From: a virus
DNA length: 64,000 nucleotides
IMG/VR virus record: IMGVR_UViG_3300002144_000477
Span: 64,001 to 128,000 of that record
Direction: 5' to 3' (one strand)
Part shown: positions 48,349 to 57,579 of the stretch, one piece after another
Layout: each line of letters starts with the position of its first letter
Numbering within the stretch: position 1 is the first letter of the stretch
Position numbers and translations under genes: made by a program
The notes under the pieces: generated by a model
Database searches by the model: none
Told to the model about the DNA's origin: nothing
The model's input: only the letters and a program-made list of their open reading frames with translations

Positions 48349-50965
48349 GTTTGATGTTTTCTACTTTGGGCCTAAGCCAAATTTATTTGCGTTTGAACGC
48401 CCTGCAAGTTCTCTTCAGGAAGCATTGCACAAGTCAAGGACTCGTTACTGTTGGTATTTATACGGCGGCAACGACTATACTGACTTTAATTTTAATATTG
48501 TGCCCGAACCATGGATGTCGCAGTTTGTACATACATGGCCTAGTCAGTGGCAAGCCGACGGTGGGGTGTACTTAGCAAGCAAGCATATTGTAGGTACACA
48601 GTATCATTTTCGTGCTGACCAAACAGTAGTTCGGATGAGTGATCCGACTAAGTGGGAAAACACTAGCAATGTCACTGACTTTGATTATAGTTGGCATCCA
48701 AGCGTACACGAACCAGATTACGAATATCATTTCCCTACACAGCACCAAAGCGCAGGCGGCCCAATCTATCCGGGTACAGCAGGCATTAAGTTGTGCAGTG
48801 ACCAACGAGCAACAGTAGGTAGCACCACCAAAAATTGGCACATACCAACTGGCATGACAGTTGATACTAGTTGGCACCCTAATCCGTTGGATCCAAGTTA
48901 CACTTATCACTTTCCCACTAAGTGGCAGAGTGCCGGCGGAGTAATGTACATTTCGACGCACTCTAGTACAACTGCTATTAAGTTTGCAGATTTTGTAACT
49001 AGCGAAGAGCCTAGCAACGAGAATTGGACGGTACCAGACGACATTGACGAGTCCACCATTGACTTTACCTGGCGCCCAAATGTATTAGACCCTTCTTACA
49101 TTTACCATTTCCCCATTGGTGATATACAAAGTTCTGGATTAGTCTATACAGCACCTGGCGCAACAGAAGTTAAACTGATGGATTACTTCCCTGGGCATGA
49201 TATAGGCACGTTTAAAGAAGTTGATGTGTTTTACGTAGACAAAAGCAACACTTTATCACAAGCAAGGTACAAAAAACTACTAAAAACTTACCCTAAAATG
49301 CAACGAATTCGGTATGCTAACAGTATGCTGGAAACTATACGTCGATGCGTTAATAGGTCTAGTACTACGCGATTCTGGGTTATCAGCAGTGAAAATGTCT
49401 ACGATGACTTTCAGTTTGATTGGCGCCCCGAGAGCTGGCAAAGTTATATGACTCATGTGTTTGGGTCGCAATGGAATAAGTGGTCCGATACTTTCTTAAT
49501 TAATAAATGGGAATTTGAACGTTCAAGTAAGTGGGCAACCGGTTTAGAACATTTTCCTAATCTAAACTTTGTAACGGATCAGCAGGTGCTAGTGCCCGAC
49601 GACCTACATGCAATAGTTTATGTAGATTGGGGGTATGATGACAACAATCAGTTTGCTAGCTTACAAACTGCTCACCCTAATATACAAAAGACAAGATTTG
49701 TTGACAACTATCTAGATACATTCAAGCGGATTATTAATAACCATCAAGGTCACGACTACATCTGGGTTATTAGCAGCCTCTGTGACTACAGTAAATTTGA
49801 CTTTAGTTGGCAACCCGAGCCGTGGCAGGCCGAGATGATACATGTGTTTCCTAGTAGCACACAGCGCCGAGGTGACACCTTTTACATCCACGTGCCAAGT
49901 TTTGCAAAACAAATGCACGATCTAGAAATACTAGATTGGTTTAATGTTATTAACTATTGTAACGAACAACAGGTGTCCCGTTGGCCTGTTAACATTGTAA
50001 CATACAATGGAGACAGTGCAGTTGATGTTGTTAACACTTTAGAGTTTAGTACCGGGCCATACGAATTAGTAATGCACCATACTACTCCGGAGCGGAATGC
50101 TATCAACTGGGCAACAACTCCTTGCTTATGGAGATCGAAAGATCGCATGGCAATAAGTTTGTCTACCAACAATGCAACAGTGCTAGTTCCACGAGATATA
50201 AAGTTACAGCAACCTATTAAACAGATTTATGATTACCCATTTGTTAGTAAAACGGAATCGAGAACAGTAGTAGCACCCCCATTGGATATTGTATATATTA
50301 GTAACGGCGAACCCGATGCTGAACGCTGGTATGAACATCTAAAGTATCAAGTGCCTAACTACAGTAACAAATTACATCGTGTAAAAAACATCAATGGCAG
50401 AATGGAAGCATACAAAGCGGCTGCAGAAGCAAGTACAACTGAATGGTTCTTTGCTGTATTTGCAAAACTTCAAGTAAGCGACACATTCGACTTTACATGG
50501 CAGCCTGACTACTTCCAGGAAGCAAAGCATTACATATTTCATGCACGTAACCCAGTTAACGGATTAGAGTATGGGCATCAAGCAATGATTGCATATAACA
50601 AAAGATTAGTACTTGAAACAATGAACAGCGGGCTGGACTTTACACTAACTAAAGCGCACGAAGTAGTTCCTATACTAAGTGGTACAGCACACTTTAATCA
50701 AGACGAATGGACTACTTGGCGTACTGCATTCCGTGAAGTGCTTAAGCTAAAACAGTTCCACGACACTAAGCCCAGCATAGAGAACGAAAGTCGTCTTAAT
50801 GTATGGCTTACAAAAGGAGCAGATGTAGAAAATGGAAAGTGGAGCATCCTTGGTGCAAAGGATGCTCTTGACTATTATGCTAGCGTTAACGGAAATCCAG
50901 AAATGCTACAGTTGAGCTTTGAATGGGAATGGTTAAGAAATAAGTTCAATGAACTGGCTAGCTAA
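48347..50965 (+). CDS. Multi-repeat GT-A-like protein (872 aa)
   Basis: Several internal GT-A-like modules and FD(Y/F)(S/T)W.P repeats; C-terminal LDIVYISNGEP...NGLEYG...WRTAFREVLKL domain paralogous to 34025. Confidence 0.6.
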   Translation: MFDVFYFGPKPNLFAFERPASSLQEALHKSRTRYCWYLYGGNDYTDFNFNIVPEPWMSQFVHTWPSQWQADGGVYLASKHIVGTQYHFRADQTVVRMSDPTKWENTSNVTDFDYSWHPSVHEPDYEYHFPTQHQSAGGPIYPGTAGIKLCSDQRATVGSTTKNWHIPTGMTVDTSWHPNPLDPSYTYHFPTKWQSAGGVMYISTHSSTTAIKFADFVTSEEPSNENWTVPDDIDESTIDFTWRPNVLDPSYIYHFPIGDIQSSGLVYTAPGATEVKLMDYFPGHDIGTFKEVDVFYVDKSNTLSQARYKKLLKTYPKMQRIRYANSMLETIRRCVNRSSTTRFWVISSENVYDDFQFDWRPESWQSYMTHVFGSQWNKWSDTFLINKWEFERSSKWATGLEHFPNLNFVTDQQVLVPDDLHAIVYVDWGYDDNNQFASLQTAHPNIQKTRFVDNYLDTFKRIINNHQGHDYIWVISSLCDYSKFDFSWQPEPWQAEMIHVFPSSTQRRGDTFYIHVPSFAKQMHDLEILDWFNVINYCNEQQVSRWPVNIVTYNGDSAVDVVNTLEFSTGPYELVMHHTTPERNAINWATTPCLWRSKDRMAISLSTNNATVLVPRDIKLQQPIKQIYDYPFVSKTESRTVVAPPLDIVYISNGEPDAERWYEHLKYQVPNYSNKLHRVKNINGRMEAYKAAAEASTTEWFFAVFAKLQVSDTFDFTWQPDYFQEAKHYIFHARNPVNGLEYGHQAMIAYNKRLVLETMNSGLDFTLTKAHEVVPILSGTAHFNQDEWTTWRTAFREVLKLKQFHDTKPSIENESRLNVWLTKGADVENGKWSILGAKDALDYYASVNGNPEMLQLSFEWEWLRNKFNELAS

Positions 50966-50971
50966 GTGTTA

Positions 50972-52114
50972 TCATTTAAAAAACTCTATTACACTATTTA
51001 CAATATACTCAACTTCGGGATCTGTTAGCTCGGGATATATAGGCAAACTCAATGTTTGTTGGCATAAGTTGCGCCCTGCTTCGCTAGCAAATCCATCGTA
51101 GTCTGCGTACTCCGGATTAAAGATGTTAGATGCCGCTGACGAATACAATGGGTAATCGGCCAGCGGAGTAGTGTAATGAACTTTAGTCTCGATGCCCTGC
51201 TCTTTCAAGTGGTCAGCTAAACTATCTCTGTGAAACAAAAATATCGGAAACTTGTGCCATGCACATGTAACATTATCTTCAATTTCAAGTACACGCACGT
51301 ACGGTCTTAGTCTTTCTTGAAAGTATTTAGCAATTTCAGTTCTACGGGCTTGCCACGCATCGAAGTGATGTAGTTTAACTAACAACGATGCCGCATCAAG
51401 TTCGCTTAGTTTACTATTAGTTCCGCTTAGAACATGCCTTGATGTTTTACCGTTATCGCGTAACGACATAGCATTTAAGAACACTTCTTCGTTGTCGGTT
51501 AATAGCATTCCGCCTGACCCGTAGTTGTTTAAGTTCTTCATTGGATCAAAACTTAAACAACTAACATCGCCGAAGCTACCGCTTGGCATATCGTTGTAGG
51601 ATGCACCTAAACTTTGTGCGGCATCTTCGATAATCGGCAAAGAATCAATGTTACCAAAAAATTTAGTTAGCAGGTTTATCTTATCGTAGTCTACCATGTT
51701 ACCGTACAGGTTAACGGGCATTAGTGCATTAGTTTGGTATACGCCCAATTGGTCGGGCAAACTAGCTAAATCCATTAGCCCATGCAAGTCGGTGTCTACA
51801 ATATACGGTTTATGCCCTGTTTCGTATACGCAGTTAAGTGTAGCAACGAAGCTAACCGCAGGCACCATTATCCTGCTTTTATAAGGTAGTTTAAGGGCTC
51901 TTATTGCAAAAATAAGAGCCTGTGTGCCACTGTTTACAGCTACGGCATACTTACGCTTACAACGGAATGCTAATGCTTCTTCAAGCATTAAAGTGTAGGC
52001 ACCATCTAAGTGCCTACCCGAACTCCAAACTTGATCTGCTGTTTCTAGCAGTTCACTTCGTAAGTTTTTGTATTGCCTTTTGGTTCCAGTAAACGCTATT
52101 AGAGAGCCATTCAT
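50972..52114 (-). CDS. DegT/DnrJ/EryC1/StrS PLP-dependent sugar aminotransferase
   Basis: AVAVNSGTQAL, IEDAAQS, SFDPMKNL (PLP lysine), GSGG, SLPIYP. Start taken at ATG 52114. Confidence 0.92.
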   Translation of the reverse strand: MNGSLIAFTGTKRQYKNLRSELLETADQVWSSGRHLDGAYTLMLEEALAFRCKRKYAVAVNSGTQALIFAIRALKLPYKSRIMVPAVSFVATLNCVYETGHKPYIVDTDLHGLMDLASLPDQLGVYQTNALMPVNLYGNMVDYDKINLLTKFFGNIDSLPIIEDAAQSLGASYNDMPSGSFGDVSCLSFDPMKNLNNYGSGGMLLTDNEEVFLNAMSLRDNGKTSRHVLSGTNSKLSELDAASLLVKLHHFDAWQARRTEIAKYFQERLRPYVRVLEIEDNVTCAWHKFPIFLFHRDSLADHLKEQGIETKVHYTTPLADYPLYSSAASNIFNPEYADYDGFASEAGRNLCQQTLSLPIYPELTDPEVEYIVNSVIEFFK

Positions 52115-53063
52115 ATTGTTTTGCGAATCCTTCTTCAATGTCTACTTTAGGGTCAAATCCAAAATCTTCTTTTGCACGAGTAATATCTAATGCACCGCGA
52201 CTTGGGAAATCTGCATGTTTTTCTTTTACAGTAACAGCACCCTTGCCAACTAGTGTAATTGCTAAGTTTGCGGCTTCGAGCAATGTTTTACTATGACTCT
52301 TAGTAATGTTGTAGGTCTTGTTGACAGCATTTGGGCTTAGTCCTGCAAGGACCATACCTTCAGCGGCATCTTCAACAAAGGTGAAATCTAGTGTTTCATT
52401 TTCTCCGTTGACAGTAAGTTCGCTATTGCCCATTGCAGTAAGCAGAAACTTGCTAATAACACGGTCACTGACATCAAGCGGTCCGTATACGGCACTCGGG
52501 CGAATGATAGTATACTCTAGGCCATATTTGCGACAGTAGTCTTTAACTAGCATCTCGCCCGTTAGTTTAAGGATGCCGTACTCGCCTTGCGGGTTTAGAT
52601 CTGCATCTTCGTTGACATGGTCGTCAAAGTCACCGTAGACCATGCTACTACTGATATAGACAAAACGTTTAACCTCATACTTAACAGACATTTCTAACAA
52701 GTTAAGTAGTCCACCAATCATAGTGTTACTTGAACCACCGGGGTCTGCACCTACTACTTTTTGCCTAGGAGGACTAGCCAGGTGAAATACAATGTCTGGG
52801 CGCATGAATGCCATAGAGCTATCAACAAACTTTTTGTCAACAATGTCTTTATGTAGGTAGTTGGTGCTAACTAGATTAGGCGGCAATGACATGATAACTT
52901 TCATACGTTCGCCCAACAGGTACCCAACTTCTTTCATGCTGACAGCACCGTTGTAGTTAGTAAGGTTATCGTAAATACTAACGGGAATTTGATGGTCGTT
53001 AACTAATTTCTGTACCACGTGGTGACCAATTAATCCTAGTCCACCAGTAACAAGTGCTTTCAT
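52053..53063 (-). CDS. NAD-dependent NDP-sugar epimerase/dehydratase (extended SDR)
   Basis: TGGLGLIG, SSSMVYG, YGILK (YxxxK), RPSAVYGP, DFTFVED. Start may be 53078. Confidence 0.92.
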   Translation of the reverse strand: MKALVTGGLGLIGHHVVQKLVNDHQIPVSIYDNLTNYNGAVSMKEVGYLLGERMKVIMSLPPNLVSTNYLHKDIVDKKFVDSSMAFMRPDIVFHLASPPRQKVVGADPGGSSNTMIGGLLNLLEMSVKYEVKRFVYISSSMVYGDFDDHVNEDADLNPQGEYGILKLTGEMLVKDYCRKYGLEYTIIRPSAVYGPLDVSDRVISKFLLTAMGNSELTVNGENETLDFTFVEDAAEGMVLAGLSPNAVNKTYNITKSHSKTLLEAANLAITLVGKGAVTVKEKHADFPSRGALDITRAKEDFGFDPKVDIEEGFAKQYEWLSNSVYWNQKAIQKLTK

Positions 53064-53332
53064 TTTCTGTTTCCCCATTTTAGTTCGTGAAATGTGTAAT
53101 TGACGTCTTCAAGCTCGCCGACAATGGCTATAGTATAGCTATAATTATACGAGTCAACGTCGGTGTAAAAAGTTATCTCTCCAATGGCATTTTCCATGCA
53201 CCATTTACCGTGCTCGGACTGTTGCCATTCGTAAATTGGGCCGGCAGCATACAATACCGGATCTTCGCAATCGCCAATTGAAAATTTATGCATTATGAGC
53301 TTTCGTGTTAACCCATTGGCAAGTTTTGGCAT
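53060..53332 (-). CDS. Conserved-looking hypothetical protein
   Basis: ORF between thyA and the epimerase (GDCEDPVLYAAGPIYEWQQSEHGKW); start uncertain. Confidence 0.6.
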   Translation of the reverse strand: MPKLANGLTRKLIMHKFSIGDCEDPVLYAAGPIYEWQQSEHGKWCMENAIGEITFYTDVDSYNYSYTIAIVGELEDVNYTFHELKWGNRK

Positions 53333-53351
53333 TTGGCGATGACTCCAAATC

Positions 53352-54263
53352 TTAGACGGCCATTGGTGCTTTAATTGTGCCATGGCTTTGGTATCCTACT
53401 AGCTTAATATCGTCCATTGTGAACTTATTAATGTCTGTGATGTCTGGGTTTAACCAAAGAGTTGGTTCAGGTAATGGTTCACGTGTTAATTGTTCTTTTA
53501 CCTGTTCAATATGATTTAAGTAGATGTGTGCATCGCCGAGAACGTGAACGAACTCACCGACCTTAAGGCCGCACACTTGAGCTATCATCGCCGTTAAGAG
53601 GGAGTAGCTAGCGATATTAAATGGGACTCCTAAAAACATATCACAACTTCTTTGATACATTTGGCAAGACAGTTTATTATCTTGACTAACGTAAAACTGT
53701 GCAAACATATGACAAGGCGGTAAAGCCATTTGGTCTAGTTCACCAGGGTTCCAAGCACTTAATATATGTCGACGTCCATATGGATCTATTTTAATTCCGT
53801 TAATTAAGTCTGCTAGCTGATCAGTTTCTTTGATGTGTATAGAGCCACCGCGATTGTAGTAGTTGCCGAAATCGTCTCTAAAAATTTCTTTACTGTGAAT
53901 AATAGGAGTCTGCCACTTGCGCCATTGCACACCATACACACGACCTAGGTCGCCTTCAGACTTAGCGTTAGGTTTCCAGTATGGTGCTAGTGCATTAGGA
54001 GTCCAGATAGTTACTGTGCCTTCGCTAGTACCGTGGGTAATCTCAGCAAGACGTCGTTCGTTACCACTGCCTTCGATGAACCACAATAGCTCACCAGTGA
54101 GCGCCTTCCATGCTAGTTTTTTAGTTGTTACCGCAGGAAATGATTCTTCTAAATTATATCGTTGTTGCATACCGAACAGACTGATAGTACCAGTTCCTGT
54201 GCGGTCGCCGCGAACGGAACCTTTATCAAGTACTTCTTTTAATGCGTTTAAATAAGTTTTCAT
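53352..54263 (-). CDS. thyA: Thymidylate synthase
   Basis: DRTGTGT, ELLWF, LGRVYGVQWR, MALPPCH (catalytic Cys), YQRSCDMFLGVPFNIASY (Asn, dUMP-specific), DAHIY. Confidence 0.97.
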   Translation of the reverse strand: MKTYLNALKEVLDKGSVRGDRTGTGTISLFGMQQRYNLEESFPAVTTKKLAWKALTGELLWFIEGSGNERRLAEITHGTSEGTVTIWTPNALAPYWKPNAKSEGDLGRVYGVQWRKWQTPIIHSKEIFRDDFGNYYNRGGSIHIKETDQLADLINGIKIDPYGRRHILSAWNPGELDQMALPPCHMFAQFYVSQDNKLSCQMYQRSCDMFLGVPFNIASYSLLTAMIAQVCGLKVGEFVHVLGDAHIYLNHIEQVKEQLTREPLPEPTLWLNPDITDINKFTMDDIKLVGYQSHGTIKAPMAV

Positions 54264-54741
54264 ATTTTACAAATGTTGCCTTGGAGTCTGGACTAGCACT
54301 GCATGTAACTGGATGCATTCCTAGTAGTAGTTCTTTTATATCAATTCTAACATCTATTTTATACGAACCCTTGACATGTGTCAAGTAACATCTGTCCAAT
54401 ACATCTTTAGCGGCAAGAACAATTTTAGGCCCACCGATAACAAATATCTGCTTAGTAGGATTAGCCTGTTCTAAAGTTAACAGTTCATCACCTAGGTTAT
54501 CGCCGTAAAGTGGTCTAGCATATACTCCTAACGTAGAAACTCTGTTAGTAACTACGTAACAAGTGCGCCCGCTCAATGGCTTAGGAAACTTATTGTCGTC
54601 CCATGTATTTCTACCCATAACAACAATGTTGTTCATGGTTAGTTTTTTAAAAAATTGTAGATCTTCGGGAAGGTGCCAAGGGAGGGAACCTTGGTATCCC
54701 ATCCCTCCCCGGCTGTCTACTGCTAATAATGCAGAAATCAT
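54226..54741 (-). CDS. folA: Dihydrofolate reductase
   Basis: GMGYQGSLPWHLPEDLQFFK, VMGRNTW, PLSGR, FVIGG; adjacent to thyA. Confidence 0.93.
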   Translation of the reverse strand: MISALLAVDSRGGMGYQGSLPWHLPEDLQFFKKLTMNNIVVMGRNTWDDNKFPKPLSGRTCYVVTNRVSTLGVYARPLYGDNLGDELLTLEQANPTKQIFVIGGPKIVLAAKDVLDRCYLTHVKGSYKIDVRIDIKELLLGMHPVTCSASPDSKATFVKYENLFKRIKRST

Positions 54742-55097
54742 TTTAAATTTCTAAGTATTTCGTCGGTAAGTGGTTGAACTGTATCAGCTACATAATCGAG
54801 GTTAATGTAAAAATCTACATCATCGATTATGTGATCAAGCGCTTCAAGTCTACTATTAATCATTAGCTCAACATCGTCTGGGTGAAGTCCTTGATCTACT
54901 AACAATTCAATCACGTCAATACGTACAATGGTGCCATCCTTAAGATTAACATCTAACCCTTCCAGGCAATGTACCGGCACTTGCGACTTATCGACGTCTC
55001 CTAAAATCTTCTCCCAGACTTCCTTCTTTGTTATCTTAAGCCGTTTGCCCCGCCTTGGTCCGGCCGGTTTTTTCGGTTCTTGTTTTTTTGCTGGCAT
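54738..55097 (-). CDS. Hypothetical protein
   Basis: ORF; start taken at ATG 55097 (MPAKK), overlapping the upstream gene. Confidence 0.6.
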   Translation of the reverse strand: MPAKKQEPKKPAGPRRGKRLKITKKEVWEKILGDVDKSQVPVHCLEGLDVNLKDGTIVRIDVIELLVDQGLHPDDVELMINSRLEALDHIIDDVDFYINLDYVADTVQPLTDEILRNLK

Positions 55098-55701
55098 TTG
55101 ATAAACCTTTGGCTTCATCTTTTAGTCGTTTTGCCTCAGCCAGTAGGCCCTTTGCTTGGGCTTCCATGTCAGTGGCTTGTTTAGTTAATCCTTGTGCGAT
55201 ATCTGAATCAGATAACACGCTGTCCTGTGGCGCCACTATAGCCTCAGTAACAACAGGTGGTTCTCCAACATCGCGCCCTCTAGTAAACGGGGTAGCTGAC
55301 ATGCCAGCGTTAGCATCCATATCGGCAGCACGTTTAGCGGCAGCATTACCAGCTGCCATGTCTTTAAGAATTTTATTAACTTCGTCTAGACGTTGCCTAG
55401 TTTTGCTATTAGGAGTTAGCAACACTTGATTGTTAGGCACTTTCTTAATTCGATGTTCGCTATGCAAGACATCTAAGATTCGACGACCATCGCTCATTGT
55501 AGTACGGTGCAATACATCGGCTAAGTCGATTGTATTTTGTGCCAGCACACCTTCAACAGTTCGCATTAACTCGTCATGCACCAATTGCGGGAGCTCGTCG
55601 CTGTATGTGATCAATGCCATCCAGTCCTCGTCTGGCACTTCTCGGAATAGTACAATACATCTACGTTGGTTATGTATTGCAACATGTTTTGTGAAACTCA
55701 T
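55036..55701 (-). CDS. Hypothetical protein with C-terminal coiled coil
   Basis: 221-aa ORF with AGGAG RBS. Confidence 0.75.
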   Translation of the reverse strand: MSFTKHVAIHNQRRCIVLFREVPDEDWMALITYSDELPQLVHDELMRTVEGVLAQNTIDLADVLHRTTMSDGRRILDVLHSEHRIKKVPNNQVLLTPNSKTRQRLDEVNKILKDMAAGNAAAKRAADMDANAGMSATPFTRGRDVGEPPVVTEAIVAPQDSVLSDSDIAQGLTKQATDMEAQAKGLLAEAKRLKDEAKGLSNASKKTRTEKTGRTKAGQTA

Positions 55702-55712
55702 TTTGCTCTCCT

Positions 55713-55973
55713 TTATGCTTCTAGCGAAGCAGTTTCTTCTGGTGTTTCGGCATTTGCTGTTTCGGCATTTGCTGTTTCGCGAGTGATAGCACCGCTTGCT
55801 TCCAGGAATGCTAATAGTCGATCGTGCAAGCCGCCAATGTTAACCATCTCGTCTGCACGGAACGCACCACGCTTTGCACATACTTGCACAGTTTGCAACA
55901 TTAGCAACAAATCGGTAATACCCAATCCGACGGGTGCGGCTGCCGCTTCAGTTGTTTGTTCTACTTCACTCAT
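55713..55973 (-). CDS. Hypothetical small protein
   Basis: AGGAG RBS; RGAFRADEM motif; C-terminal 15-bp tandem repeat (ETANA x2, 55743-55779). Confidence 0.75.
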   Translation of the reverse strand: MSEVEQTTEAAAAPVGLGITDLLLMLQTVQVCAKRGAFRADEMVNIGGLHDRLLAFLEASGAITRETANAETANAETPEETASLEA

Positions 55974-56011
55974 TAATAAAAACTCCTTATTGGTGTTGTA
56001 ATATATAGTTA

Positions 56012-56017
56012 TATTTA
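56012..56017 (-). promoter_or_regulatory. Late promoter-like TAAATA on the minus strand
   Basis: TATTTA in the AT-rich gap upstream of 55973. Confidence 0.4.
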
Positions 56018-56053
56018 AACTATAATACTCTGATTAAAAAATTATTTTTTGGA

Positions 56054-56353
56054 CTAAAACCATTCGTTAGATGGTTGATTTATTTGATTTAGCATAAGCG
56101 AGAAGTAAGTAGCTTCGCTATGCTCTTCAAATGCAACAGTAGAAAGTATGTCAAGTTTACGCTCAACACCGGATCGTACTTGAGTATCTCCAATCCAATA
56201 ACGACCTTCTAAATTCTCATATACCCAATTACTGATGTCGAGTTCGGACGCATTTTTACTAAATGAAACAGGCATAAAGTGAGGAGGGCAATGCGTAACT
56301 ACCCTCCTTGTACCCGATATGTTAAACCAATTTGGCTCAAGCAGTTTAAGCAT
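56054..56353 (-). CDS. Hypothetical protein
   Basis: ORF (WVYENLEGRY...FEEHSEATYFSL). Confidence 0.7.
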   Translation of the reverse strand: MLKLLEPNWFNISGTRRVVTHCPPHFMPVSFSKNASELDISNWVYENLEGRYWIGDTQVRSGVERKLDILSTVAFEEHSEATYFSLMLNQINQPSNEWF

Positions 56354-56651
56354 TTACCGAATCTTGTTTGTTTGTTACCAGCACAATTTTAATTGGATCC
56401 TTGTCAACTTGCACAGGCATAATCTTAGTCTTTAGCACTTGCTCGGCACTGTCTTTAAAACTGTTAATTAGGTTCAACTGATTCATAGCAACTGCAATTT
56501 CAATACTGCGAGCCAAATCTTCTAGTACATGCTCGAGTGCTTTAATACGATCCACTGCTTCTTCTAGCGTTGCAGGCAAGTTAAGCCACGCATTATTATC
56601 TGAATCAATCTCTACATTCTCACTAGTAGCATTAACTACGATATCAGTCAT
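56346..56651 (-). CDS. Hypothetical protein
   Basis: ORF coupled to both neighbours. Confidence 0.65.
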   Translation of the reverse strand: MTDIVVNATSENVEIDSDNNAWLNLPATLEEAVDRIKALEHVLEDLARSIEIAVAMNQLNLINSFKDSAEQVLKTKIMPVQVDKDPIKIVLVTNKQDSVNA

Positions 56652-57520
56652 TTAGTAACTCCTTGTTCTATAATTTTACGCATAAACTTTAGTGCGTCGT
56701 TGTAACTAGTTGCAGTAATTTCTTCGTCATAAATGTATGTTTCGCGCCCGTAGTATGTAGACTTCGAAAACCCGTTCAACCCACGACAGTCCCAGCAGTG
56801 TGATGCACCTTCGTAATCAATAAACTCGCTCAATGGCTGTTTAGATTTAATTTTGTTGTACAGCCGTGATACGCATCCAGTTCCGCGCTCAACATCGTTA
56901 GTGCCGCTCATCCAAATAATAGGGCGAGCAATGTCCGTTGACAACCAGGTATTATCAGTATATGAACACCCACCATAAAATGCAACTGCGGCAACTGGAA
57001 TGACATAGCCTTTTTCTTTAGCTTCTTCAATGATAAAATCTTGCAAGCCCATTGCAGATACCATTGCGCCAAGGCTTGTACCCGAAGTGAAAATCATATT
57101 GGGATTAACACCTGGGACTTTGGCCAACTCAGTTGCGGCTACATACATATCCTTAACAAGGCGTTCTTCGCCTAGTGGCTTGTCCTTGCCGCAATTTCTG
57201 CGAGGGCGACCTTGACCTGAAAAATCGGAAATAGCAACAGTATATCCTTCTTTTAGCATAGCCTTCACTAATCGCATAACATCAGTATCATTACGCTGAT
57301 GGATGCCTGCGCACGATGGCAAAAAGACTACCCCGGCACCATTCTGTTTTTCGGGCAAGTAAATCGGTGCACCATATGGCTCGCCGATTTCGGTAGTAGG
57401 TTGTTTAAACTTTAGATCTTCGTAGCCGTTGTCTTTAATGTAAGAGCGGCTCCATGCCATAGCAGAGCTAGCTACTAGAGACAAACTTACAATAACGGTT
57501 GCAGTTCTTAAAAATTTCAT
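56648..57520 (-). CDS. Secreted alpha/beta hydrolase, dienelactone-hydrolase-like
   Basis: Sec signal peptide MKFLRTATVIVSLSLVASSAMA; GTSLG nucleophile elbow, GTND, YEGASH. Start 57520 follows CAGGAG; the track start at 57580 lies inside the promoter. Confidence 0.75.
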   Translation of the reverse strand: MKFLRTATVIVSLSLVASSAMAWSRSYIKDNGYEDLKFKQPTTEIGEPYGAPIYLPEKQNGAGVVFLPSCAGIHQRNDTDVMRLVKAMLKEGYTVAISDFSGQGRPRRNCGKDKPLGEERLVKDMYVAATELAKVPGVNPNMIFTSGTSLGAMVSAMGLQDFIIEEAKEKGYVIPVAAVAFYGGCSYTDNTWLSTDIARPIIWMSGTNDVERGTGCVSRLYNKIKSKQPLSEFIDYEGASHCWDCRGLNGFSKSTYYGRETYIYDEEITATSYNDALKFMRKIIEQGVTK

Positions 57521-57539
57521 GATAACTCCTGTGTGTATG

Positions 57540-57579
57540 TGTTGCTGTCTATGTATACTATTATACAGATCACCAACCA
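57540..57579. repeat. 40-bp exact direct repeat, copy 1 (promoter and leader)
   Basis: tgttgctgtctatgtatactattatacagatcaccaacca, identical at 61114-61153. Confidence 0.95.

Noticed and set aside
53352-54263. thyA as a dCMP hydroxymethylase for DNA hypermodification
   Set aside because: It has the PFNIASY Asn of dUMP-specific enzymes and is paired with DHFR.
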